This document shows, one piece after another, positions 13,301 through 24,817 of a DNA stretch of 64,000 nt. A program made the translations under genes and the position numbers. The notes beneath the pieces were generated by a model. That model was not told where the DNA came from and searched no databases. It saw only the letters and a list, made by a program, of their open reading frames with translations. Numbering within the stretch: position 1 is the first letter of the stretch; each line of letters begins with the position of its first letter. This stretch comes from Caecitellus pseudoparvulus (taxonomy: Eukaryota; Protista; Bigyra: Bicosoecida): the NCBI GenBank assembly GCA_965644315.1, contig CBFFRQ010000080.1, forward strand, positions 310,001-374,000, given 5' to 3'.

Positions 13301-14654
13301 GCACCGTATGATGCATGGCGCGGTAGGTATCCGGTGGAGGCTTGTAGGGCCGTCGGTCTGCAGTTTTGAGGAGCTTGGCCAGGGAGTTGTGCGGCTGAAT
13401 GTGGCTGGTGTGCGGCCATGGAATTCACGGGGGCTTGGGCAGCATTCGAGAAATGGCGGGCGCTGGAGCCGCCCAAGGCAAAGGAAGGCCGGGAAAGCAG
13501 TGCTTTCTGGGGTTCGGGTGGTGAGGGCTGGCGAGCCAGAGAGGTTCGCACAGCTGCAGCGGAGGCTGTCGGTGCGATGCTTGCCTGTGCAGCCAGGAGC
13601 ATGTCCTTAGCTCGCTTCGTGGAAGTGGTTGGCAGTCCTGGGGGACTCCCAGCAGTGGTTGAGCGCGCCTGCTGCATGGGGATGCCGGTGGAGGTCCGTG
13701 TGGAGGAGGGCTGGTGTGGTCGTGGCATGGTTGGCACGACTGGCTGCCACACCGAGCCTGAATCAGCGGTCGGCGTGGGCAAGGTAGAGAAGCGAACTTG
13801 AAGAAAAACAATTCGAGGCCATTGGAGGTCATCAGGAGACTTTTCAGCAGCGTGGCTGGGAAGCACAGCTGCTGGCAGCCTCGGCATGAGTTTGAAGTCC
13901 TGCCAGGGCGTGGTGCTCGGTCGGCGTGGGGGATCCGCTGCTTCGAGGAAGCTGACTGCGACGCTTTCCACCCGGTGCTTCCCTGCATGCAGGCCCGCTT
14001 GAGAGGAGCAGGTATCAATCACGTCTCGCACGCTTTGCTGTCGTGGCACCATCATCTTCAGAGTGCATGCCGGCGGGGTGGTGGCCGTGCCACTGCTCAG
14101 GGACAAGAGGCTGAGTTGGACAGCGAGCGGGTGCAGTTCAACAGCAGGGGCCTGGCCGTGGACTACAACGGCACGGTGCACACAAGGCTTGCCACCCCCA
14201 AACCTGCGTAGCCAAGGCGAAACCGGAGCAGAGATGGAGCGGAAATTGACACGCAAAGATCTCAAAAAGAACGCACAGCTCCTGGAGCTCGGAGAAGATC
14301 GATTGGGTGACGATACCCACACCAGTCCCCTGTTCCACGCTGGGCTGTAGAATATAGTCATCTCCCCACCGCATCATCTGCAAAGCACGCAACAGAGCCT
14401 GTCGTGCAAGGCCAATGGGCGGCAGTTCGCTGGCGCAGGCTTACGATCGCGTCGCCACACTCCACTGGGCCTGGCACCTGCAAAGTGCTGCCATCAGCAA
14501 AGGCTTGCAACCTTGAGAACCACGACGGGCCAATGACGAACAGCCTCTCCCCAGCTTGCGGGACGTGCTGGTCTGCCTCGCGGATTAGCCTAGCAGCCGT
14601 GGCCTGCAGTTGGGAGCCGTCCGAGTCGTCATCTTGGCTGCTTGGCTGTGCCAT
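10315..14654 (-). CDS. Ubiquitin-specific protease of USP4/11/15 type with N-terminal DUSP-like domain; introns 14378-14444 and 14204-14276
   Basis: Cys box GLHNLGNTCFMNSALQAL, QHDSQELL, CxxxxC and CxxC zinc sites, HLKRF, His box YDLYGVVNHMGSMGGGHYTAY. The spliced N-terminus (LFVIGPSWF..PGPV..FGGG..HRAV..VELHP) is DUSP-like. Confidence 0.9.
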
Positions 14655-15033
14655 GGTGCCCGTGTGTGGGGAGGCACTTGGCGGCTGAACCAAACTTCCC
14701 GTCTTGTAATCGAGAAGTTTGATCCCCGTGCCACACTGTGAGCGTGTTCTGGCCCCTTCGTGCCGACATGAAAAGAGAGGACAAGTTCCAGCACTCCCAC
14801 AGCATGCAGAGGTGCAACGCTGGCAAAACACAACGCGTCCGCTCATAAGGCGCTGGCCTGACCCCCACAGCCCCCCGCCTCAAGTTGCACGAGACGGCAG
14901 GTAAACTCGTACCTGCAGCACCTGAGTGGTTCAACCTCGTTTGAATCTCTCTCTTGTCGCGTTTCGGCAGCGTTACCTCGTCCGTATCACGGCCCGCCCC
15001 GCCAAGCTTGAGCTGCTTGAGACGAAGTCCGCA

Positions 15034-17681
15034 ATGAACTCCCTCATCCCGACATTGAATGAGTTGAGAGATGTCTTTGCAGCCATAGGAAGACCTCCTG
15101 TGGACTTGCCCATCGTCGTTGCCATTGGTGCCCAGTCGTCTGGCAAGACTTCTGTCGTGACATCCCTGCTCGGCCGCGACGTGCTGCCACGGTCCAGTGG
15201 TCTGTGCACTCGTCGCCCAGTGATCCTTCAGTTGTATCACGTCCCCGCCGCATGTATGTGCTGCTCGCACGCTCTGCAGTGCCCGCGTCCATCACTGGAG
15301 CCGTGCTCTCAAATGCCCGCCCGCGGCAACGGCACTGCACTGCTTCGCGCCCTCCCTTGCAGCACCCGGAGCTGCGGCGGCGGGGGACCAGAAAGGGAAC
15401 GAGTGGGCTGAGTTCACACATAAGCCTGGTCACAAGTACTTTGACTTTGACGAGGTAGCAGGCGAGATCCTGGCAGACACTGAGCGGGTTGTCGGGGCCA
15501 ACCGCGGCATTAGCAGCCAGCCCATAACCCTGAAGTTTTTCTCCCCCAACGTCTTGAACCTGACTCTGGTGGACATGCCCGGACTCACCAAAGTGCGTGA
15601 TGCACCCCGACACCGTGCAATGCCCAGTCTATCTGGCCTGGCTGTAGGACACTCCCCGCTCCTCGCTCTGGTGCAGGTGCCCACCGGGGACCAGCCTGCT
15701 GACATTGAAGCGCAGCTGCGGGCAATGTGCCTGGAGTACATAACAGCCCCCAATGCCGTCATCCTGGCGGTCACAGCGGCAAACACCGACATCACAAACT
15801 CCGACGCGCTCCAGCTCGCCCAGATGGCCGACCCCTCAGTGAGTGCCCTGCTGATCTGCCTTGCTCTGCCTGCAGAGCTCTTCACAATTCCTTGCGTGTG
15901 CACAGGGAGACCGGACGGTGGGTGTCCTCACGAAATTGGACCTTATGGACCAGGGGACGGATGCAGTGGACGTGCTCCTTGGGCGCGTCATCCCCCTGCG
16001 CCGGGGCTGGGTGGGGGTGGTGAACCGCTCCCAGCGCAACATTGACGAGCGCATGCCCGTGGATGATGCCCGCGAGCGCGAGGCAGCATTTTTCGAGTCA
16101 CACCCCGCCTACCACACCCTCGCCGACAGCATGGGCGCTGGGCACTTGGCAGCCATGCTGAACACCATCCTCATCCAGCACATCAAGGCAGCCTTGCCTG
16201 AGATCAAGTCCCAAATCACCCAGCAGGTCATGAATGTGCGCAGGGAGCTAGCAGCGCTGGGTGACCCAGTCATGCTTCTGTCCGATGAGAACCAGGGCGG
16301 CACGCTGCTGTCACTGCTGGGCCGGTACAGCACAGCCTTCTGCCATGCCATCGAGGGCCGGGCACAGGACATGGTGCAGCGTGACGAGCTGTTCGGCGGA
16401 GCTCGCATTCAGTACATTTTCTGCAACATTTTCAAGTCCACTGTGGAGCGTTTTCAGGCCATGGACGGCCTGGGCATCGACGACATCCGGCATGCTATCC
16501 GGAACGCCACCGGACCCAAGGCGGCCCTGTTCGTGCCGGAGGAGAGCTTCGAGGCTCTGGCTCGCCGGCAAGTCACGCTCCTTGGCGAGCCTGGCCTGCA
16601 GTGTGTCCAGTTGGTATTCGCAGAGCTCATGGAGATGGCGCGGCTGTGCGTGCCTGCCGAGCTGCAGCGTTTCGGGGACCTGACAGACCGGGCGGTGGAG
16701 GTGGTGCAGAACCTTATGCGGCGGCTGCTGGAGCCCACGAAGACCATGGTCACCAACCTCATCGCCATCGAGAAGTCATACGTCAACACCAACCACCCTG
16801 ACTTCGTCGGCGGCGCGGCGGCAGTGGACAGGGCCAACAAGCTGGTGTCCAAGGCGAATTCTCGGGACGCCGCTGACCGCAGCCTGCACAGCTCTGGCTT
16901 GCTGCTCCCGACAGACGAGCGGGACAGGAAGTTCGGAGATGTGACGATGCAAGGCTACATTGACAGTTGGTTTTACAGGTCCATGCAGGAGCTGGAGCGC
17001 CAGCATGCCGCAACCCAACGCATGTCACAGGGCGCAGAAGGCGACTGGGCACCGCCCGTGCCGGTGTCCCCTGTTGCGGACAGCGACGCGTCCCCGCCAG
17101 CACCCCCTCCGGCAGGCGCGGCAACAGCACGGCAAGGGGCGGGAAGCGGCACCCCGACGCCTCGCCCGGCCCACGCTGCAGCAGGGGGGGGTGGTGGCGC
17201 TGCAGGGGACGGCAGCCTCGTCCTCAGTGACTCCATGTCCATGTCACCGGAAGCGTATGCCATCATCCGCTCTGCAGCGTACAAAGGCGAGGACCCGAGG
17301 CTGAAGCTCCAGCTGAGAGCGCCGGAAGCTGTGCTCACCTGCCTCGGCAAGCCAGTCTCTTACCGGGAGCTGTACGAAGTGTTCACCATTGTCACATTGC
17401 TGAACTCGTACTTCGAAGTGGTGCGCAAGACGTTTGTGGACATGGTGCCAAAGACCGTCATGTGTTACCTGGTGAACCAAGCCAAAGGAAACATCCAGGC
17501 AGAGCTTGTTCGGGAGCTGTACACCGACGGGGCGTACAAGGAACTCTTGCGCGAGACGGACGACGTCGCGCAACGGCGGAAAGCTGCTGAGGAGGCTCTT
17601 GCCTGCTTGGAAGAAGCCAAGCGCATTGTGGACGGCGTGCGCGACATGAAGGAGCGGGAGTGGGCGGCGTCTGCATTATGA
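15034..17681 (+). CDS. Dynamin-related GTPase (Dnm1/Drp1/Vps1/DRP3-like); introns 15254-15362, 15593-15676, 15839-15905
   Basis: [54 protein letters not shown] and YVNTNHPDF; GED motif [19 protein letters not shown]. Confidence 0.93.
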
Positions 17682-19881
17682 CCAAGCCTCCACAACCAGT
17701 CGCCCCTGCCTGCGCATGGTGCTGAGCAGCGCTTTGGCAGCGCCCTGGCCACCGCACGAGTGTGCCAGGATGGTTTGCAAAATGTCCAAGACATCAGCCG
17801 GCATTCGCTTGGCACTGCCCGCAATGTACACACATGAGCACGGGTGCTGCAGCGCGGTGCTCACCGAGTCGCGTTGTTCCCACAGTTTCGTCTGCACGTA
17901 CACCTTGCTGGGTCCATCGCGGCTGAAAGCAGTGGAGATGGCTGACAGCTCACCTTGTGCCACGTGGTCTGCCCACTCAGAGGCGTACAGGTAATCCTGG
18001 CTTTCTTTTCGACATCCAAAGTACAGCCTGATGTCCCAGTCTTCTGGTGCCCCCGGCGCGCCTTTCAGCACGTTTGCTGCTTGCCGGATCAAACTACGCA
18101 TTGGGGCAACCCCTGTGCCAGGGCCAATGAGCAAGACGGGACCTCGGCGCTCTGCCGAGGTCCCGGTGCTGGGCAAACCTAGGTCCGTGTATGGCCTTGG
18201 CAGGCGCAGTGTGCCTGGTTCAAGACACATCAGCACGGAGGTGGCTCGTGGTGCTGCTCCCTGCGGCGAAGCAGGCAGCCCGGCAAGAAAGGAGGAACAC
18301 AAGCCGGATATCGATCGCTTGTGAGGTGTCGTGAAGTTCACCACAGCAACACAAAGGTGCAGCTTGGGAGCGTCGCTGGGCGCTGAGGCGATTGAAAACT
18401 TGCGCGGTTGCAGAGGTGGCAGCAGCTCGAGCAGGGCTTCGAGGGGCGGCTTCAAGGATGTGAAGTCCTCCAGCACTTCCACGATGTTCCTACGCTCCCG
18501 CTTGATGTATGAGGCGTACAGGTCTGCTCCGCCTGGCGCAGAAATCTCCACCAACTTCTCTGCCTGCTCAGGGTCACTCGCGAAGAAGGACAGCTGCTCA
18601 AACACACTCCGTTTGGGGGTACCTGTGATATCAACATAGTGAGTAAGCAGCTCTTGAACTGTGGCTTGAGGCGGCAGCTTGTGCAGTGGGCCTGTCGGCT
18701 GTGCCGTGCCATTGCGCGACAGCTGCAGCGCTGCTTGGACTGCAGTTGCCCCGGACACACTCGCGCTCTCTTGTTCCTGCCCCCGCAATGAAATGCAGAG
18801 GCGCGTCTCAAGTGGAATGCTCAACGCATCGCACAACCGTGCCACGAGGGTCTGTGGGTTTTCTGGCCAGATGCAGGCAATGTCGCCTGCTGAGTATCGG
18901 GGGGCATCCGAAGGCAGTTCAAACTCCAAGTGGCGAACATCTTGACTCCATCCAGGCTGAGTCAGTCGAGTGTTTACAAGCATATTTGCCTTGAAAATTG
19001 CCTTGCTTCGTTCTCCCAATGCGTTTGAGGGTGGGTCGGGCGGCAGAGAGCGGCTGGCTCCTCCAGGGGTGGCAGCTTCATGCTGCGCCGCGGAGACTGG
19101 AGCGAGCCTCAGCGAGTATCGACTGGCAAATTGCTCAGGCGCATCATCAACAATCCATCCAGCTGGAAGCGGATACTTCTGCAGCAAAGCTCCCCACATC
19201 ACTTCAAGCCACGACTCCAAATCTCCTGCATGCGGTGACATCAGTTTCTGCGCCCACCAAAGCGAAGCCACGAGCGCCGAGCCAGGCACGTACCATCCAT
19301 GCCAAGGGGTTCACTTTGGTCATCTCCCAGGCCTCTTGGGCAAAATTCCGTCGCACCCAGCTGGAGGAAACGCCTGTGCAGCTTCCTGGCAACAGCATTG
19401 AAAGCTGCATAAGCGCTGTCTCCAAGACCGAACACGGAGAACTCCACGGCCTTCAGAGCAGTCGCAGGAAGGTCAGTTCGCAACAGAAATCTCCAAAAGG
19501 CCTGTGCTCCGCAGGGGCAACAAATACTCGTTCTGGGACTGCTCCCATTCCCGCCCCGAAAAGCGCCATCTCACCTTCATGTTGTCAGGCGGATCCCCAT
19601 CACCAGTCGTGGCTGCCACCAGCACCACTGTTCTGGAAGAGGGTAGGGCTACGAGAGGAAAGGCATCCATGGAGCTCAACGTCACGTTGAAAGCCCGTTT
19701 GCGCGCCATTCGCCCAATCCGTTCTGCGACATCCTGCGCCAGCGTGCCGATGTGCAGTGCCCTGGTGCAGATTGCGGAAGCTGCGGAAACCACGCACTTG
19801 GGCTGTTCCTGTCTGACTAGCATAAAGTACTGTAAGCGTTCGCTCCGGCTGTTTGGCTGGACTAGAAGCTGCAGCGGCCAT
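17676..19881 (-). CDS. NDOR1: NADPH-dependent diflavin oxidoreductase 1 (Tah18/NDOR1); 3 introns in the 5' part
   Basis: Flavodoxin motifs [48 protein letters not shown]..FN and GLGDDQ. FAD/NADPH motifs PRKFSIAS, IGPGTGVAPMRS, YFGCR and AFSRD. C-terminus EAWS. Confidence 0.93.
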
Positions 19882-20132
19882 GGTGGGCCTCAAAGGGACG
19901 GCGTTGCGCCGGCGTTTCGTGGGGGGGTGCTGAGGCTTGTCAGCGGAACATGGCTTGTGGAATTCACATTCCAAAATAGTTTTGTTGAGCTCAATGCCGT
20001 GAAACCTTCGAGAGTTTGTTGTACTTTCCGCGTTTGCCCACTTCAGGTGCCCCCTTCTGCGTATCGCACTTGCTTGTGCTACGCGCTTGGCGTGGTGCGC
20101 ACTTCTTCGCTGCCACCGAGTTCCTGAGCGCC

Positions 20133-23100
20133 ATGGCGGCACAGGAAGCGTGCAAGTATTTCCTTGATGTCGACGCACCTAGGGGAACTGTGGCGGACGT
20201 TTTCAGGGCATTAGGCGTCCGGGGCCTGCGAGCAGTCACAGTCGTGCACCTTGACGATGAGGCTGACGAGCTCGATCACGCGAACCAGTCCGTCGACGGA
20301 GAAGGAGGTGTGCATATCGCTCACAGTACTCGCAAAAACCCCACCATGCAGCGTGCGGCTGAATCGGCAAGGGTTGGGGATGCGCCTGCAGGAACTCCAA
20401 CTGCTATAGGCGAGCGCCGGCAGCGCCCCGTCAGCATCAGCGGTGACTATCACTTCCGGCTGCACTTCGACAGAAAAGCTGAGCGGGACTACGCTTTTGG
20501 TATCCTAAAAAATAGGTCTGTAGAGGGCATCAGAATGCTCCCCAGGATGGGGCGCACGGCCACGGGCAGGGACTTCGCCTGCCCTCCAGTTCGTGCTATT
20601 GAAGAGCGACGCGATCCCAGACAAGAGTCACTGGCGGCGTTCTTGGAGTGGATGAAGCACAGCGAAGATAGCATGCCATGCAGCTGGTGGGAGGAAGATT
20701 CGGATCTGCTGAACAAGGGCAGTCTGAGGGAGCTGGCCACCAGGGTTGAGGCAGTCTTAGCTGCTGCAGAAACTGCGCACCTCGCAGTCTCCGATCGGAC
20801 CGGACCATCCACTCCTGCGAGTGCTCACAAGCGGAGTGTCTCTGCACCATGTGGCCGTGGTATGGGCTCATATGTGCCAGATGGTACCTCCTTCCAACAT
20901 CGTGTGGGAAGTGTGACTGGTGTGGACCTGCCGGCAGAGCATACGCCGCCGGCTGTGTCTGCAGCAAGCGATGGATCGTCTCTTCCAGGGGCACCCTGCC
21001 GAAGTATTTCCACACAAAAGTCTTACGCTGAAGTTACCAGTACACCAAGCTTGCCTACTCCAGTAAAATCGCCACCCAATGCCGCAACCCGTCAGCACAG
21101 CAGCAAGCTGCTTGCGCAAGGGGAGCCCATCAAAGCTCCCGAGGTGCACCGTGGCGCATGGCCAACGCTGGGCGAAGTGCTGGAAGGTGCTCTGCACGGA
21201 TCAAAGGCGTTCAAAGATGCCACCGTGTCAGGAACACTGCAGGGCTTCCCACTTGGTGGGGACGAAGGTTGGGGTTACGGCACACCGTCGGAAACCACGC
21301 AAAGTGTAGGGCGTGCTTGGAAACGGCCTGGGAGAGAAAAGAAAGAAGTCTCGTTGGATGAGTGCGTGGGGGTCCTTCTGGGAGGGCGGTTCGTCGTCAA
21401 CGCGGTCACCCTGGATCGCACACGGAGAGACTACGCCGCGAACTCGTGGGCTCGTTGGCGCCAAGCACAGCTTGAGAAAGCTGTGTCTTTACCTGCTTGC
21501 GACGCTGCTGTTCAGCAGGGATTTCCGGTGCCTAAAGACAAAGTCATGTTTTGGCGCCGCATGTTAGGCCTGGTGGACCCAGTGGAATTGGACCAGGAAG
21601 CAGCAGGGGAGTGCCCGCAAGAAGGATACAGCGCGATCTCAGGGTCAGAATTCGATGGGCGAACAGTAATGCGTGCCTGGGACACTGTTCTGGGAGAAGA
21701 GGTCATGCTGAAGATTCACACAAGCTACAGTGCCTTCAAAGCCGAGTCTGCGGCGTTGAAGAAGATTTTACTTGGTTCGCCTTGGAGAATTGCACCCAGC
21801 GTTGACCAGGAGTTCACGATGTGCATTGGCTTTTCAGTCGAATCAAGTGCGGCTAATGCGACTGAAAGTGGAGACTCATGGCGAAAAGACTGTGCAGCAA
21901 ACACAGAAGCTGATGACAGCGACGGCACCTTGGAGGATGGAAGTACGGCAAAGTCTTCTGGAGGTGCGCCCGATGCAACGTCGAGCAGTGGGTCCTTTGA
22001 GGCTTGGAATCCGGTACTGCTGAAGAGCCGCTCGGTCTCTTCCCAGCGAAGCGATGCGAGCAGTCCGCTCATCGAGCACTTCCTGGACAGCCGGCAGCTT
22101 CACGAGTCAACACTTGGGCGAGATCATGGGCATGGGTACATCAGAGAGGAGTTTAGGGAAAAGTTCCGTCCCTACCTTTGCCACGTCATTGTCATGTCAG
22201 CTGGCGATGTTGCTGCAAGTCTTGACGTCGTTTCGCAGCTTCCGGAGCACTTGGAAGACCCGGGGGGCCAGCGCAGAGCCGCGGACCACATGATGCTGGC
22301 GGTGAACTCCTTGCACCACCACAAGCTGATGCACGGCTGCATCGCACCCTGGCATTTTGTGCGTTTCACAGAGAGGGCTTCTCCGACTGACTTCTACCAA
22401 TCCCTGCTTGATCGCATGCTGAAGCCTCGAGATCGACAGAAAGACTTCTCCTCCGAAATGGACGAGTTCATGAAGTCGGAACACGAAGGGCAAGCGCTGG
22501 CTCGTTCTCAACAGCCTTCTCGAAGCAGCTCTTGGTCCCTTATCAGCTTCTCCGCCTCAACTGAGCTGAGCAGCAAGTTCTGTCCCTGCCTTCAGCATGC
22601 GTGGCACAGCTACTGTTCACCCATGGCAGCTGCCGCTGTTTTAGCAGCTTTAAAAACCAGCGGACATGCAGTGGGGGTTCCGCAAGCCCTCCTAGACAAG
22701 TTTCAGGAAGTCCTGCCCAACGGTGAAGCAGACGCTGCAGCAGACGCTGCAGCAGACGCTGCAGCAGACGCAGGTCAAGCTCGGGGGGCGCGGCGACTTA
22801 ATCTCGGCTCCATCATAGCGCACATCTATCATGACATCTTCCCACTTGGCCTCACCCTGTACAAGTTGGTGATGGGATGTGATTTTGAGTGGGACGCACG
22901 CAGGAGGGCTGTTGAAGATGGAGACGCGGGGAGACTGGTGCCAGCTACATTGGAGCCAATTTGGAGTCAGACAGCCCGTTTGTTTGAGGAGGAGGTAATC
23001 GCTCAGAGCTCTCCTGCAGCACCTTCGGCTGAGCCTCTGGCACGAGCTGGCGAACAGATTGCCCGTCGTGGGCAACATGCCGAGGTGTGTGAAGCTCAGC

Positions 23101-24599
23101 AGCAGCGAACTAGAAAGCTGAAGGCCATTTGGTACGCTGCAACACTGGATCTCGGCCCAGAGCGGGAAGATGGTGCCCCCAAAGTACCGGGAGTAGACGC
23201 AGGTGCAGCGATGGAGCTCGGGGCAACGGTGCCGTCTGCCGCTTTCGTGGCGGTTGACGGGGCTGTACGTTCTCCACAGCTTCCAGCCAATGGGCTTCGC
23301 AGTGTCATCAGCAGCTTACTGTCGCGGGATCCAGGGGATGTGACGGAGAAATGTTTGGAAGTGGCCATTGAACAGCTTGCTGGTTCAATGGGGGGAACAA
23401 AGGGGAAGCTGCAAGTGCTGGCCGCGCTGGCAAACCCGAAAATGCCTTCTCCGTCGCCTCTCACAAGGTCACGCATGGTCCTTAACCAACATAGTGAATG
23501 GACTCAACTGACAGATTTGTACAGCTGGGGTGTTGCGAAGGTGCTGTCCACATGCAGCTGGGAAGATCTGAAAGCCGACCTGGCCAACGGAAAGCCATGT
23601 GTTCTCCAATTCGCGGGCCACGCTGACAGCTCGGCAAGGCACATTGCTTTTGAACAACCCGAAAAGGGCTCATCCGGCTTTGCTGATCCCTTCTGCTTGG
23701 ATTGGGACATGTTTGCGGACCAGATTGAAGCGCACAACAACTCGCACACCCCCAAAGTGGAGTGCATCTTCCTCAACGCATGCGATTCCGTTGGGCTCGC
23801 GATTGAAATTGTCAAGCGCTGCCCAGATGTCATGTGCATCGCTTGGGATGGGCCGGTCATGGACGCAGCAGCGCGAGCATTTGCCGTCCATTTCAACTAC
23901 GAGCTGGCAGCACAGCTGTCCAGTGCCGAGCGAGCTCGTCAGGCACCTCGCATACCTGTAGGGCAAGCTTGTGCAGGCGCGGGAGCAAGTGAAGTGCAAC
24001 CGGCACAGACCTCCATGCAGCAAGGTTCCATTCAGACGACCAAAGATTTGGTGCAGTACATGAACGCGAACGGCATCTCAAACACTGTGTTTGTCCAAGT
24101 TCGCGCGGCAGCCTACCACCACTCCCCACAGCTTCGGGCCAAGGAAGCGAACTTTGCTATCCCACCGACGGGAGAGTCAGAGGACGTGTACAAGGCTCTG
24201 CTTGAGGGGGTCTTGGGGGGGAAGTCAGAATTCGAGGAGGCCTCCAAAGTCGAGGAGGCCTCCAAAGTCGGGGAAGCCTCCGCTCTGAAAACCTCCTTTG
24301 CCAAGGCTTTCAGGGTGGGGGTGCGGGGTTTGCGTGTCCAAGGCTACAACGTAGGCCACTTTCTGAAATCGGAAAGCCCGAAGGAAACCAAAGAGGACAT
24401 TCCTTCGTCGCGCTTGCAGAAGTTTGGTGTCCAGCGAAACCCTTTCGTGGCGCCTGCCTGCCAAGGGATTCCGGTTCTCGTGCACAAAGGCTGCACTGGG
24501 GAGAAGCTGAGGAACAAACTAGACAGTCTGAACAAACTGAAGACGCGCGGCAAGGTTGGGCTCCCTGGGTACTTTCTGCCTACCAAACGAAGCAAATAG
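20133..24599 (+). CDS. Large intronless protein: RRM-like N-terminus, degenerate protein-kinase (pseudokinase) domain and C-terminal CHAT (caspase-like, clan CD) protease domain
   Basis: Single open frame of 4.5 kb. Kinase subdomains occur in order (VMRAWD..EEVMLK, FKAE, HVIVM, LHHHKLMHGCIAPWHFV, WSLISF, DIFPLGLTLYKL, ISSLLSRDP). CHAT motifs VLQFAGHA (His 23619-23621) and CIFLNACDS (Cys 23781-23783). Confidence 0.75.
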   Translation: MAAQEACKYFLDVDAPRGTVADVFRALGVRGLRAVTVVHLDDEADELDHANQSVDGEGGVHIAHSTRKNPTMQRAAESARVGDAPAGTPTAIGERRQRPVSISGDYHFRLHFDRKAERDYAFGILKNRSVEGIRMLPRMGRTATGRDFACPPVRAIEERRDPRQESLAAFLEWMKHSEDSMPCSWWEEDSDLLNKGSLRELATRVEAVLAAAETAHLAVSDRTGPSTPASAHKRSVSAPCGRGMGSYVPDGTSFQHRVGSVTGVDLPAEHTPPAVSAASDGSSLPGAPCRSISTQKSYAEVTSTPSLPTPVKSPPNAATRQHSSKLLAQGEPIKAPEVHRGAWPTLGEVLEGALHGSKAFKDATVSGTLQGFPLGGDEGWGYGTPSETTQSVGRAWKRPGREKKEVSLDECVGVLLGGRFVVNAVTLDRTRRDYAANSWARWRQAQLEKAVSLPACDAAVQQGFPVPKDKVMFWRRMLGLVDPVELDQEAAGECPQEGYSAISGSEFDGRTVMRAWDTVLGEEVMLKIHTSYSAFKAESAALKKILLGSPWRIAPSVDQEFTMCIGFSVESSAANATESGDSWRKDCAANTEADDSDGTLEDGSTAKSSGGAPDATSSSGSFEAWNPVLLKSRSVSSQRSDASSPLIEHFLDSRQLHESTLGRDHGHGYIREEFREKFRPYLCHVIVMSAGDVAASLDVVSQLPEHLEDPGGQRRAADHMMLAVNSLHHHKLMHGCIAPWHFVRFTERASPTDFYQSLLDRMLKPRDRQKDFSSEMDEFMKSEHEGQALARSQQPSRSSSWSLISFSASTELSSKFCPCLQHAWHSYCSPMAAAAVLAALKTSGHAVGVPQALLDKFQEVLPNGEADAAADAAADAAADAGQARGARRLNLGSIIAHIYHDIFPLGLTLYKLVMGCDFEWDARRRAVEDGDAGRLVPATLEPIWSQTARLFEEEVIAQSSPAAPSAEPLARAGEQIARRGQHAEVCEAQQQRTRKLKAIWYAATLDLGPEREDGAPKVPGVDAGAAMELGATVPSAAFVAVDGAVRSPQLPANGLRSVISSLLSRDPGDVTEKCLEVAIEQLAGSMGGTKGKLQVLAALANPKMPSPSPLTRSRMVLNQHSEWTQLTDLYSWGVAKVLSTCSWEDLKADLANGKPCVLQFAGHADSSARHIAFEQPEKGSSGFADPFCLDWDMFADQIEAHNNSHTPKVECIFLNACDSVGLAIEIVKRCPDVMCIAWDGPVMDAAARAFAVHFNYELAAQLSSAERARQAPRIPVGQACAGAGASEVQPAQTSMQQGSIQTTKDLVQYMNANGISNTVFVQVRAAAYHHSPQLRAKEANFAIPPTGESEDVYKALLEGVLGGKSEFEEASKVEEASKVGEASALKTSFAKAFRVGVRGLRVQGYNVGHFLKSESPKETKEDIPSSRLQKFGVQRNPFVAPACQGIPVLVHKGCTGEKLRNKLDSLNKLKTRGKVGLPGYFLPTKRSK
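22728..22772 (+). repeat. 12-bp coding tandem repeat GCAGACGCTGCA x3.75 (ADAA)
   Basis: Directly visible in the sequence. Confidence 0.9.
24234..24281 (+). repeat. 18-bp coding tandem repeat GAGGAGGCCTCCAAAGTC x2 plus a degenerate third copy (EEASKV)
   Basis: Directly visible in the sequence. Confidence 0.9.
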
Positions 24600-24817
24600 A
24601 AAAACAAAATTCATGCTTCGCGCGCCACCCACCAGAGAAAGGTGTGAGACCTCATTGCCTTGTCCACATACGTACTCAAAAAAGCTGATAACTCTCTCAG
24701 CCCTCAGCGGGTTTGGCGTGGCAGCAAATCCATAGCGGCGCCAGCTCTGTGAAGCACGCGGGCAGACAACAAGCAGCAAACAGGAGCGCAGCCGGCAGCT
24801 TCTGACCAGAGACCTCG

